Of a stretch of DNA of 64,000 nucleotides, positions 12,584-24,000 are shown piece by piece; the stretch's first letter is position 1; each line of letters opens with the position of its first letter. Source of the stretch: Macrostomum lignano (lineage: Eukaryota); NCBI GenBank assembly GCA_002269645.1, contig NIVC01003064.1, forward strand, positions 57,602 to 121,601, in the 5' to 3' direction. Made by a program: the position numbers and the translations under genes. The notes beneath the pieces are model-generated. The model did not search any database. It saw only the letters and a list, made by a program, of their open reading frames with translations, and had not been told where the DNA came from.

Positions 12584-15412
12584 ATGCACCCTGACAGCCC
12601 GCAGCCAGCAATGATGTCTGCACCAGCCAGCTCAGGTGCGGGTCAGCCAGCGCCTGAGACCGCCAGTTCTGTTGAGCTCCCGCCACCGATTGGCTCACCA
12701 GCTTCACCCGCCGACACCGCGGTGTCCCTTGGCGACGACGAGCTCAGCGACGGAGAGCACCTGCTCGGTGGCGGCTCCGGCCAGCAGCAGCCGAAGATCA
12801 TCGTACGGACTGCCACCAGCCGGAGTCGGCGAATGGCCGCAGGCGGCGCGCACGGCCTCGCCAGAGACGCCGGAGCAGCCAGCAGCGGCTGCGACTGCGG
12901 ACCCACCTGCCGCCTCATCGGCATCAGCCGCTTCCCACCGGCCGGCCTGTGGTTCGTCAAGGACGTCTGCGGCGTCTTCTGTGCCATGTTCACCTGGTTC
13001 CTCATCTTCTACGCGGAGTACGTTGTGCTGTTTATAGTGCTCATTCCGGCGCCCTCCTTCGCCTTCAAGTGGATCAACGGGGTGATCTTTCACGTGCTCA
13101 TCCTTCTGGCATTCTCTTCGCACTGCAAAGCTATGCTAAGCGACCCAGTGAGTGTATTGCTCTGATTTGATTGGGTTTGGTTTAATTTTGTTCATCCTGT
13201 GTAACCGTCTGACCTAATTTCACCTTATCCCATCTTTTATATGACATTTCGTGACCTTATTTGACCTCATTATGCATAACTTTAACGGAATTGGCTGGAC
13301 TTCATCCTATCTGACCTTATTTGACCTCATCCTATTCTTGTTTAACCTATTTTGATGTGATCCCATTGCTATTTGATCTACTGTTTTGTGACCTTATTTG
13401 ACCTTATTTGAACCTCCCTCGTAACGCAGGGCGCGGTGCCCATCGGCAACGCAACCAAAGAAAACATCCTGCGCATGGGCTACCGCGACGGCAAGGACAG
13501 GGTGATCTACAAGTGCCCGAAGTGCTGCTGCATCAAGCCCGAGCGCTCCCACCACTGCAGCGTCTGTCGCAGGTGCATCCGCAAGATGGACCATCACTGC
13601 CCTTGGGTCAACAACTGCGTTGGCGAGACCAATCAGAAATACTTTGTACTGTTTACGGTAATCGCGCCGCGTTGATCTGATATTTAATCGCTAAATACGG
13701 GAGCTTTATAATATTTATGCTACCATTTTACCTTTGTTCCCAGCTGTACATCTGCATCGCCAGCTTCTTCGCCATCTACCTGACCGTGCACTACTTTGTG
13801 CTGTGCGTCGGCTCGGAATGGGAGTGTGAGTTAATCTATGCTACTGATTGTACACCTAAACCTTTATATACTACTGACAAGCTTTGAGTAGCAATGGGAG
13901 GAAATTTTATTTTCTATTTACGCTGATATCGTTCTAACGCTAAGAGTATTCTCTTCAGCCTGCGCCTCCGGCTTCTCCCCGCCTGCCACCACCATATTCC
14001 TGGTGTTCCTGCTGGTTGAAGGCGTCCTGTTTGGCCTCTTCACCGCCATCATGTGCGGCGAGCAGCTGCACGGCATCATCAACGACCAGACGGTATGCGG
14101 GATTTTAGGGATTTATGATTTGAGGATTCTAAGTTTATGCTATTGGGGTGTGAGCTCATGCTGTATTGGGGTGTGAGCTCATGCTGTATTGGGGTCTGAG
14201 CTCATGCTGTATTGGGGTGTGAGCTCATGCTGTATTGGGGTGTGAGCTCATGCTGTATTGGGGTCTGAGCTCATGCTGTATTGGGGTGTGAGCTCATGCT
14301 GTATTGGGATCTGAGCTCATGCTGTATTGGGATCTGAGCTCATGCTGTATTGGGATGTGAGCTCATGTATTGGGATGTGAGCTCATGCTGTATTGGGATG
14401 TGAGCTCATGTATTGGGATGTGAGCTCATGCTGTATTGAGATGTGAGCTCATGCTGTATTGAGATGTGAGCTCATGTATTGGGGTCTGAGCTCATGCTGT
14501 ATTGAGATGTGAGCTCATGCTGTATTGAGATGTGAGCTCATGTTGTATTGAGATGTGAGCTCATGTTGTATTGAGATGTGAGCTCATGTATTGGGGTCTG
14601 AGCTCATGCTGTATTGAGATGTGAGCTCATGCTGTATTGAGATGTGAGCTCATGTTGTATTGAGATGTGAGCTCATGTTGTATTGAGATGTGAGCTCATG
14701 TTGTATTGAGATGTGAGCTCATGCTGTATTGAGATGTGAGCTCATGCTGTATTGAGATGTGAGCTCATGTTGTATTGAGATGTGAGCTCATGTTGTATTG
14801 AGATGTGAGCTCATGCTGTATTGGGATGTGAGCTCATGCTGTATTGGGATGTGAGCTCATGCTGTATTGGGATTTGAGCTCATGTTGTATTGAGATGTGA
14901 GCTCATGTTGTATTGAGATGTGAGCTCATGTTGTATTGAGATGTGAGCTCATGCTGTATTGGGGTCTGAGCTCATGTTGTATTGGGATGTGAGCTCATGC
15001 TGTATTGGGATGTGAGCTCATGCTGTATTGGGATGTGAGCTCATGCTGTATTGGGATGTGAGCTCATGCTGTATTGGGATCTGAGCTCATGCTGTATTGG
15101 GATGTGAGCTCATGTATTTGGATGTGAGCTCATGCTGTATTGGGAAATGAGCTCATGCTGTATTGGGATGTGAGCTCATTTTTGGGATCTGAGCTCAGCT
15201 GTATTGAATCCACCGTGACCTGACCTGACCCCGGCGCGCGCCCGCAGGGCATCGAGAACCTGAAGCGGGAGCGGCACAGCTGGGAGAAGAAGTCCCGCCT
15301 GGTGTCCATGGAGGCGGTGTTCGGGCACCCGTTCTCCTGGCGCTGGCTCAGCCCTTTCAGCTCGCCTAACCTGAGCAATGGCAAGCACCAGCCCTACATG
15401 TACTCAGTGTGA
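12584..15412 (+). CDS. ZDHHC3: DHHC palmitoyltransferase, ZDHHC3/7 (GODZ) family
   Basis: Exons 12584 (frame open from 12569)-13147, 13430-13657, 13744-13825, 13959-14092 and 15248-15412, all with phase-consistent GT-AG introns. WFVKDVCG; [14 protein letters not shown]; [47 protein letters not shown] (DHHC-CRD); C-terminal [14 protein letters not shown]...PYMYSV. Start codon uncertain. Confidence 0.93.
14140..15200. repeat. 23-bp intronic minisatellite in the last ZDHHC3 intron
   Basis: Unit GTGAGCTCATGCTGTATTGGGAT, roughly 45 copies, containing the palindrome TGAGCTCA. Confidence 0.95.
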
Positions 15413-15799
15413 TGAAGGGGACCATCCTCCCGAGGTTCCTCACTGTGTGCACATGCTGGAAAATTAATATTGTTGTTAAACTTGCAAAACTATAACTGTT
15501 GGGCTCAGCCGATCGCTGTGTCTTGGTCTGTGGTCTTTGTGTACTCGAACACTGTCAGATTAAAAATTATATAATACTTACTCTTCATCAGCTCCCAGTT
15601 TCTGTTTTATACTGCGCTGAGATTCACAGAATTGCTCGTAAATGCTAGGCTGCTTTGTTTTAGACTTATGTTCGCTCCTGTGTGTTGCCACCCACTGAGC
15701 ACTCTTATCTATTATTATTAACATTATTACTATTATGTTCTTTAGTGCAGTCTCCAATATTTTATCTCGCTTTCAATGATGAGGTCTCATCTATGTGGA

Positions 15800-16322
15800 G
15801 CTGACCCCATCCACTCAGAGCTGACCCCATTCACTCAGATCTGACCCCATCCACTCAGATCTGACCCCATCCACTCAGACCTGACCCCATCCACTCAGAC
15901 CTGACCCCATCCACTCAGACCTGACCCCATCCACTCAGACCTGACCCCATCCACTCAGACCTGACCCCATCCACTCAGACCTGACCCCATCCACTCAGAC
16001 CTGACCCTATCCACTCAGAGCTGACCCCATCCACTCAGAGCTGACCCCATCCACTCAGACCTGACCCCATCCACTCAGACCTGACCCCATCCACTCAGAC
16101 CTGACCCCATCCACTCAGACCTGACCCCATCCACTCAGACCTGACCCCATCTACTCAGACCTAACCCCATCCACTCAGACCTGACCCCATCCACTCAGAG
16201 CTGACCCCATCCACTCAGACCTGACCCCATCCACTCAGACCTGACCCCATCCACTCAGAGCTGACCCCATCCACTCAGATCTGACCCCATCCACTCAGAG
16301 CTGACCCTATCCACTCAGACTT
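15800..16322. repeat. 20-bp minisatellite
   Basis: Unit CTGACCCCATCCACTCAGAC. Confidence 0.95.
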
Positions 16323-16789
16323 TACTCCATCCAATCTCAGTCTCCCACTCAAGAGTTGTCGAGTTAAAAAGATGAATTTATTCACTGAAGGCGCATCAGA
16401 GCTCTGCTATGTTGAAAATTTGGATTCCTCAATCAACCTGTACGCGGTTATCGCTGAGACGCGCATACATCAGTAACGCATCAGTCTCTTATCTCTTAAA
16501 CCTGAATTTCTGATTACTGCCATCCAAGCTCGTGAATTTCAACTTTGAACTTTTTGTAATTCCCTCTTGTTCGATGTAGACAAAATTCTGCGCTAAAACT
16601 TGTAGATTTATTAATAATTGTTATTCGTGTACAGAGCGGCATAAGCTGAGCTTTGATCAATCCTCTGTTTTTTTAGCTTTCTTGGTCTTTTTTAAATGCA
16701 GAGCCTCACTTGTGACGCATTGACTGTACTGGCGCTGGTGGCTTCGCTCCGATTTTTTGTTTAACTACTCACTGGGCCCGTAGCTACTT

Positions 16790-17172
16790 AGGAGTCACTC
16801 TATACCCACTCAGGAGTCACTCTATACCCGCTCAGGAGTCACTCTATACCCACTCAGGAGTCGCTCTATACCCACTCAGGAGTCACTCTATACCCACTCA
16901 AGAGTCACTCTATACCCACTCAGGAGTCACTCTATACCCACTCAGGAGTCACTCTATACCCACTCAGGAGTCACTCTATACCCACTCATGAGTCACTCCA
17001 TACCCGCTCAGGAGTCACTATACCCACTCATGAGTCACTCTATACCCACTCAGGAGTCACTCTATACCCACTCAGGAGTCACTCTATACCCACTCAGGAG
17101 TCACTCTATACCCACTCAGGAATCACTCTATACCCACTCAGGAATCACTCTATACCCACTCAGGAATCACTC
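16790..17172. repeat. 22-bp minisatellite
   Basis: Unit CACTCAGGAGTCACTCTATACC. Confidence 0.95.
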
Positions 17173-17280
17173 TATATCACTCCACCCCATACCCAACAAT
17201 GAGCCACCCCACACCTAACAAGGAACCGCCCACTTCCCCGCAGCAGCTCGGCCCCAAGCCTGGCAGCTGCCCCCTCCGCC

Positions 17281-18931
17281 ATGTCCTGCCCGCCCACCTC
17301 GGCCGTCCGCATCCGCACCTACCGGCCTACCGAGGCTGAGTTCGCCGACTTCGCCGCCTACGTGTCGGACACCATCGAGGCCACCGGCGGTCACCTGGCC
17401 GGCATCTGCAAGGTGGTGCCGCCGGAGTCTTGGCGGCCCCGCCAGGCCGGCTACGAGGACCTCAGCCGGATGTCCATCCCGCAGCCAATCCGGCAGCGGA
17501 TTGTTGGCACCGACGCGGGAGCCTACCAGCTCTGGAATGAGACTCTCAAGTCTCTGACGCTTGAGCAGTACAAACTGCTGGCTGAGAGCGATGTTCACAG
17601 GTGAGACCCGCGGTGCTGCTCTTCCCTCACAGTCCCCCTCCCCCGCAACCCGGGTCTCCGCCCCCCCCCCCGCAAACCGCATCTCCTGCCCTCCGCAACC
17701 CGCATTTCCGCCCCCGCAACCCGCATCTCCTCCCCCCTCACAACCCGCATCTTCATCGCTACAAACCGCAACTCTTAGGCCGCCGGCCCGCTGCAGCAGC
17801 CCGGAGCAGCTGGAGCGCAAGTACTGGGCCAGCCTGACGCTCAACCCGCCAATCTATGGCGCCGATGTCAGCGGCTCGGTGACGGACGCGGACCAGCCGC
17901 TGTGGAACATGCGCCGTCTGGGCACCCTGCTAGACAGTCTGGACCAGCGCATCTCCGGGGTGAACACGCCCTACCTGTACTTCGGCATGTGGAAGAGCAC
18001 CTTCCCCTGGCACACGGAGGACATGGACCTGTACTCCATCAACTACCTGCACTTCGGCGCCGCCAAGCACTGGTACGCCGTGCCGCCGGCCAACGGACGC
18101 CAGTTCGAGCGCCTCGCTGAGGCCTTCTTCGGCTCCTACAGGGCCGACTGCCCGGCCTTCTTGCGGCACAAAACCTCCGTGCTCAGCCCGCAGCTGCTGC
18201 GCCGCCATGGTGTCCCGTTCGACTCGGTGGTACAGCGCCAGGGCGAGTTCATCATCACCTTCCCGTTCGGCTACCACTGCGGCTTCAACGCCGGCTTCAA
18301 CTGCGCCGAGAGCACCAACTTTGCCAGCCGACGCTGGATCGACTTCGGCCTGGCCGCCCGACTGTGCCGCTGCCAGCCCGACAGCGTCGTCATCGACATG
18401 GCCGCCATCGTGCGCCGGTTCGGCGGCGCCGCCAAATGTGACTCCGGCAGCCACAAGCGGCCGCTGCCTCAGGGCCGGCACCCCGCCGAGCTGGAGGCCG
18501 CTTCGAGTAGTCGCCGGTGTCCGCGGCAGCGAGTCGGCTCCACTGACGGTGGGGACAGACCTGCCGCTGAAGCAGTCCGCTCAAAGCGGCGTCGGAAAGT
18601 ACAGTCATCTTCCGGTGCTGACACTTCAAAGGATGCCGACACTTCAAAGGATGCCGAAACTTCAAAAGAAGATGCCAACATTTCAAAGGATGCCGACATT
18701 TCGAAGGATGCCGACACTTCAATGGATGCCGACATTTCAAAGGATTCCGACACTTCAAAAGATGCCGAAACTTCAAAGGATGCCGACATTTCGAAGGATG
18801 CCGACATTTCAAAGGATTCCGACAATTCAAAGGATGCCGATAATTCAAAGGGTGCCGACATATCTGTGCCATCGGAGGCGCCGCGGAAGGCCGTTGCAAT
18901 GAACCTGTTTGACAGGCTGCGCTCGCTCTGA
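17281..18931 (+). CDS. KDM4: KDM4/JMJD2-family histone lysine demethylase (JmjN + JmjC), short form without PHD or Tudor domains
   Basis: Exons 17281-17600 and 17779-18931, GT-AG intron of 178 nt, phase 2. Jmj[15 protein letters not shown]...[12 protein letters not shown]. Jmj[74 protein letters not shown] (H-x-E...H iron triad). Tail of ADxSKD repeats. Confidence 0.93.
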
Positions 18932-19264
18932 GGGCAATCGGAAATCCGGGGCACCAGGATCCGCACTTTGCCCTTTTATGACTGCATTTTCATCCACAGA
19001 TTTGTGATTGCCGTTGTTTGGATTGTGTTTAATAAGAATATAGTGTTAAAATATTTTAGTGCATTTGTTTATACACATTTAGTGTATTTTTCTGCACATG
19101 TATGCCTGTCTTACTGTCAGTAGTGAGATAAGCACTTATTAATACCGTTTTAGTACCTTATTTAAGCATGTAATTTTCTGTAAAAGATTTGTCAGATGTC
19201 AAAATTGTATTTGTACAAACTAGATTATATTCTGTGCTGAGCTGCTAACCCTCCCAGATACTCG

Positions 19265-19652
19265 GCCCTCCGCAATACCAGCTCCTCAGGCAGCTCACCT
19301 CAATGCCAGCTCCTCAGACAGCTCACCTCAATACCAGCTCCTCAGGCAGCTCACCTCAATACCAGCTCCTCAGGCAGCCCACCTCAATACCAGCTCCTCA
19401 GGCAGCCCACCTCAATATTAGCTCCTCAGGCAGCCCACCTCAATACCAGCTCCTCAGGCAGCTCACCTCAATACCAGCTCCTCAGGCAGCTCACCTCAAT
19501 ACCAGCTCCTCATACCGCCCATCTCATTACCAGCTCCTCATACCGCCCATCTCATTACCAGCTCCTCAGGCAGCTCACCTCAATGCCAGCTCCTCAGGCA
19601 GCTCACCTCATTACCAGCTCCTCATACCGCCCATCTCATTACCAGCTCCTCA
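19265..19652. repeat. 28-bp minisatellite
   Basis: Unit CAGCTCCTCAGGCAGCTCACCTCAATAC. Confidence 0.9.
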
Positions 19653-20047
19653 GTCTGGGTAAAGCTGGAGTTGATCAATTCTGATTAGTTTTTTGTCCTG
19701 CTTTTGCACTGTTCTATGCAAGAACTCCTTTGTTTTGTATAATAAGATTTTATATCGTTTGTACATAATTGCACCGTTTGATTTCTGCCAAATCGAACGT
19801 GTGCAGTATCGTGCTTGTTTTACAAATTAAACACCTCTTACTGATAATATCGGCCTACAGAGGTCTGGTCGCTTGTTGTACAAGTTATGAAACTTTTTGC
19901 ATCAATTTGTACGAGCGTGTTTTTATTTTTTAAAACAGCTACTCTTGCCTCAAAGTACATTCAGAGTAAAGTACATTTAGAGTATATACCATTCTACATG
20001 TAAGACAGGGGAAGTTTATAAACTAAGCCTTTGTGGAGTTGCATCTG

Positions 20048-21045
20048 TCAGCCTCTCAGATCCTCAATTGCTAAGCCAGCCTCCCAGATCCTCAGTTACT
20101 GGGCCAGCCTCTCAGATCCTCAATTGCTAAGCCAGCCTCCCAGATCCTCAGTTACTGGGCCAGCCTCTCAGATCCTCAATTGCTAAGCCAGCCTCCCAGA
20201 TCCTCAGTTGCTGGGTCAGCCTCCCAGATCCTCAGTTGATGGGCCAGCCTCCCAGATCCTCAGTTGATGGGCCGGCCTCCCAGATCCTCAGTTGATGGGC
20301 CAGCCTCCCAGATCCTCAGTTGCTGGGCCAGCCTCCCAGATCCTCAGTTGCTGGGCCAGCCTCCCAGATCCTCAGTTACTGGGCCAGCCTCTCAGATCCT
20401 CAATTGCTAAGCCAGCCTCCCAGATCCTCAGTTGCTGGGTCAGCCTCCCAGATCCTCAGTTGATGGGTCAGCCTTCCAGATCCTCAGTTGATGGTCCAGC
20501 CTCCCAGATCCTCAGTTGATGGGCCAGCCTCCCAGATCCTCAGTTGCTGGGCCAGCCTCCCAGATCCTCAATTGCTGGGCCAGCCTCCCAGATCCTCAGT
20601 TGCTGGGCCAGCCTCCCAGATCCTCAGTTGATGGGCCAGCCTCCCAGATCCTCAGTTGCTGGGCCAGCCTCCCAGATCCTCAGTTGCTGGGCCAGCCTCC
20701 CAGATCCTCAGTTGCTGGGCCAGCCTCTCAGATCCTCAATTGCTGGGCCAGCCTCCCAGATCCTCAGTTGCTGGGCCAGCCTCCCAGATCCTCAGTTGCT
20801 GAGCCAGCCTCCCAGATCCTCAGTTGCTGGGCCAGCCTCCCAGATCCTCAGTTGCAGGGCCAGCCTCCCAGATCCTCAGTTGCTGGGCCAGCCTCCCAGA
20901 TCCTCAGTTGCTGGGCCAGCCTCCCAGATCCTCAGTTGCTGGGCCAGCCTCCCAGATCCTCAGTTGCTGGGTCAGGCTCCCCAATACTCAGTTGCTGGGC
21001 CACCCTCCCAGATCCTCAGTTGCTGGGCGACCCTCCCAGATCCCC
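20048..21045. repeat. 28-bp minisatellite
   Basis: Unit CAGCCTCCCAGATCCTCAGTTGCTGGGC, about 35 copies. Confidence 0.95.
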
Positions 21046-21092
21046 AACCGGGCCTGAGGATTAGTCCCTCACTGAGCACTCAGCAAAGAAGT

Positions 21093-24000
21093 TCAAGAGT
21101 TCAACTTCGATTCCTCGCTCGACTTCTCGGTCGCCTCCTCCGCTGACGCCGCGCGGCCCTGGCAGAAGCCCAGCTGACAGGCCTGGCAGCCGGTCCGGTC
21201 GTGCTTCCGGTTCGGGTTTCCGGCGCGGCGCCACAGCTGCACCCGCTGGTCGCCCAAACTGACCCGGTACAGGGTCTGGCCTATGCGCCAGAACACATTG
21301 TACATAACCTGAATTGGAGTTTGGCAGGGCTCGGAGCCTTCACCTCCTGGATGACCCGTGCTCTGATCCTTCACCACCTGTATGACCCGTGCTCTGATCC
21401 TTCACCACCTGTATGACCCGTGCTCTGATCCTTCACCACCTGTATGACCCGTGCTCTGATCCTTCACCACCTGTATGACCCGTGCTCTGGTCCTTCACCA
21501 CCTGTATGACCCGTGCTCTGATCCTTCACCACCTGTATGACCCGTGCTCTGATTCTTCACCACCTGCATGACCCGTGCTCTGGTCCTTCACCACCTGTAT
21601 GACCCGTGCTCTGGTCCTTCACCACCTGTATGACCCGTGCTCTGAGCCTTCACCACCTGCATGACCCGTGCTCTGATCCTTCACCACCTGTATGACCCGT
21701 GCTCTGGTCCTTCACCACCTGTATGACCCGTGCTCTGGTCCTTCACCACCTGTATGACCCGTGCTCTGAGCCTTCACCACCTGTATGACCCGTGCTCTGA
21801 TCTTTCACCACCTGAATGGCCTGATTCTTCACCACCTGAATGACCCGTGCTCTGGTCCTTCACCACCTGTATGACCCGTGCTCTGAGCCTTCACCACCTG
21901 TATGACCCGTGCTCTGATCCTTCACCACCTGTATGACCCGTTCTCTGATTCTTCACCACCTGTATGACCCGTGCTCTGATCCTTCACCACCTGTATGACC
22001 CGTTCTCTGATTCTTCACCACCTGTATGACCCGTTCTCTGATTCTTCACCACCTGCATGACCCGTGCTCTGATTCTTCACCACCTGTATGACCCGTGCTC
22101 TGATCTATTACGACCCGCAGTTCATCTCCCTGCCGCACCTTCTCGATCTCCTCCGGGTACCACTGTGGCTCCTCAAACACGGTGTCGGCTCCGCCGCGGT
22201 GACCTGCGGTCTCGTGGCAGCGCTGCTTGAACAGGCGGAACAGTAAGTTGTAGCCACGCTGCAACAACGGCCGCCCGTTGTCCGGGTCCAGCAGTCCGGG
22301 CCCCGCGCCGTCCACCCGGAACAGGTGGAACACGATGCGGCCCTTCATGGACGTCCACTCCTTTGGACATTGCTGGCGAGGGGTTTCGGGCTGTGGTTAC
22401 GCTTCTGAGAAGTCTATCTACTCGTAATGAGTTCGAATAGGTTCAGTTAACGATTCTGAATAGGTTTCAGTTGAGGATTTTGAAGAGGTCCAGTTGATTT
22501 CGTACAGATTTATTTGACATAAAAAATCGAAGGCCCTGGCAACAGATGGCCTGCTAATCACGCACGCTACCTACACATTGCACTGCTTTACTCCAACTCT
22601 GTGTCCAAACAGTTGGCCCGGAGCATCCCCTCGTCAGCTAAAAGTTCATTCCCAGTCATTGATCGAGCGGGCTGGCTGCCTGTCACCCCTCTGGGAGTTT
22701 ATTATTGTCTTCAACTATTCAACTTTAGCAGGTAAAAACTAAAGAGGCTTCGCGCCTCGCCCAGGTCGCGAGAGTTCAGCGGGAAAAAGCGGAACAAAAA
22801 TGGGAGCAGAACTTTTTCGGCAAGAAGCGATGGGGGATTACACTGCATCGCGTGTCAGCGAGCCTGCCAAGCCATTGAACCCCTGCTGGCAGTGTCTGGA
22901 GAGCCACAGAACACAGCCTTACAGACTGAATGAACAGCCACAGAACACAGCCTTACAGACTGAATGAACAGCCACAGAACACAGCCTTACAGACAGTCTG
23001 AACAGCCACAGAACACAGCCTTACAGACAGTCTGAACAGCCACAGAACACAGCCTTACAGACAGTCTGAACAGCCACAGAACACAGCTTTACAGACTGAC
23101 TGAACAGCCACAGAACACAGCCTTACAGACTGACTGAACAGCCACAGAACACAGCCTTACAGACTGACTGAACAGCCACAGAACACAGCCTTACAGACTG
23201 ACTGAACAGCCACAGAACACAGCCTTACAGACTGACTGAACAGCCACAGAACACAGCCTTACAGACTGACTGAACAGCCACAGAACACAGCCTTACAGAC
23301 TGACTGAACAGCCACAGAAGACAGCCTTACAGACTGAATGAACAGCCACAGAAGACAGCCTTACAGACTGAATGAACAGCCACAGAACACAGCCTTACAG
23401 ACTGAATGAACAGCCACAGAGCACAGCCTTACAGACAGTCTGAACAGCCACAGAACACAGCCTTACAGACTGACTGAACAGCCACAGAACACAGCCTTAC
23501 AGACTGACTGAACAGCCACAGAACACAGCCTTACAGACTGACTGAACAGCCACAGAACACAGCCTTACAGACTGAACAGCCACAGAACACAGCCTTACAG
23601 ACAGTCTGAACAGCCACAGAACACAGCCTTACAGACTGACTGAACAGCCACAGAACACAGCCTTACAGACTGACTGAACAGCCACAGAACACAGCCTTAC
23701 AGACTGACTGAACAGCCACAGAACACAGCCTTACAGACTGAATGAACAGCCACAGAACACAGCCTTACAGACTGAATGAACAGCCACAGAGCACAGCCTT
23801 ACAGACAGTCTGAACAGCCACAGAACACAGCCTTACAGACTGACTGAACAGCCACAGAACACAGCCTTACAGACTGACTGAACAGCCACAGAACACAGCC
23901 TTACAGACTGACTGAACAGCCACAGAACACAGCCTTACAGACTGAACAGCCACAGAACACAGCCTTACAGACTGACTGAACAGCCACAGAACACAGCCTT

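Noticed and set aside
11661-12707. 348-aa minus-strand ORF of VDVKSIK/HQPGCQK heptads, plus opposite-strand MLLTSRL ORFs
   Set aside because: By-product of a stop-free 21-bp unit. A 1-nt deletion near 12330 switches the repeat frame mid-ORF, which argues against coding constraint.
17215-18966. Long antisense and alternate-frame ORFs over KDM4, FAT and pol exons
   Set aside because: Expected shadows of GC-rich coding sequence, which has few stop codons in other frames.
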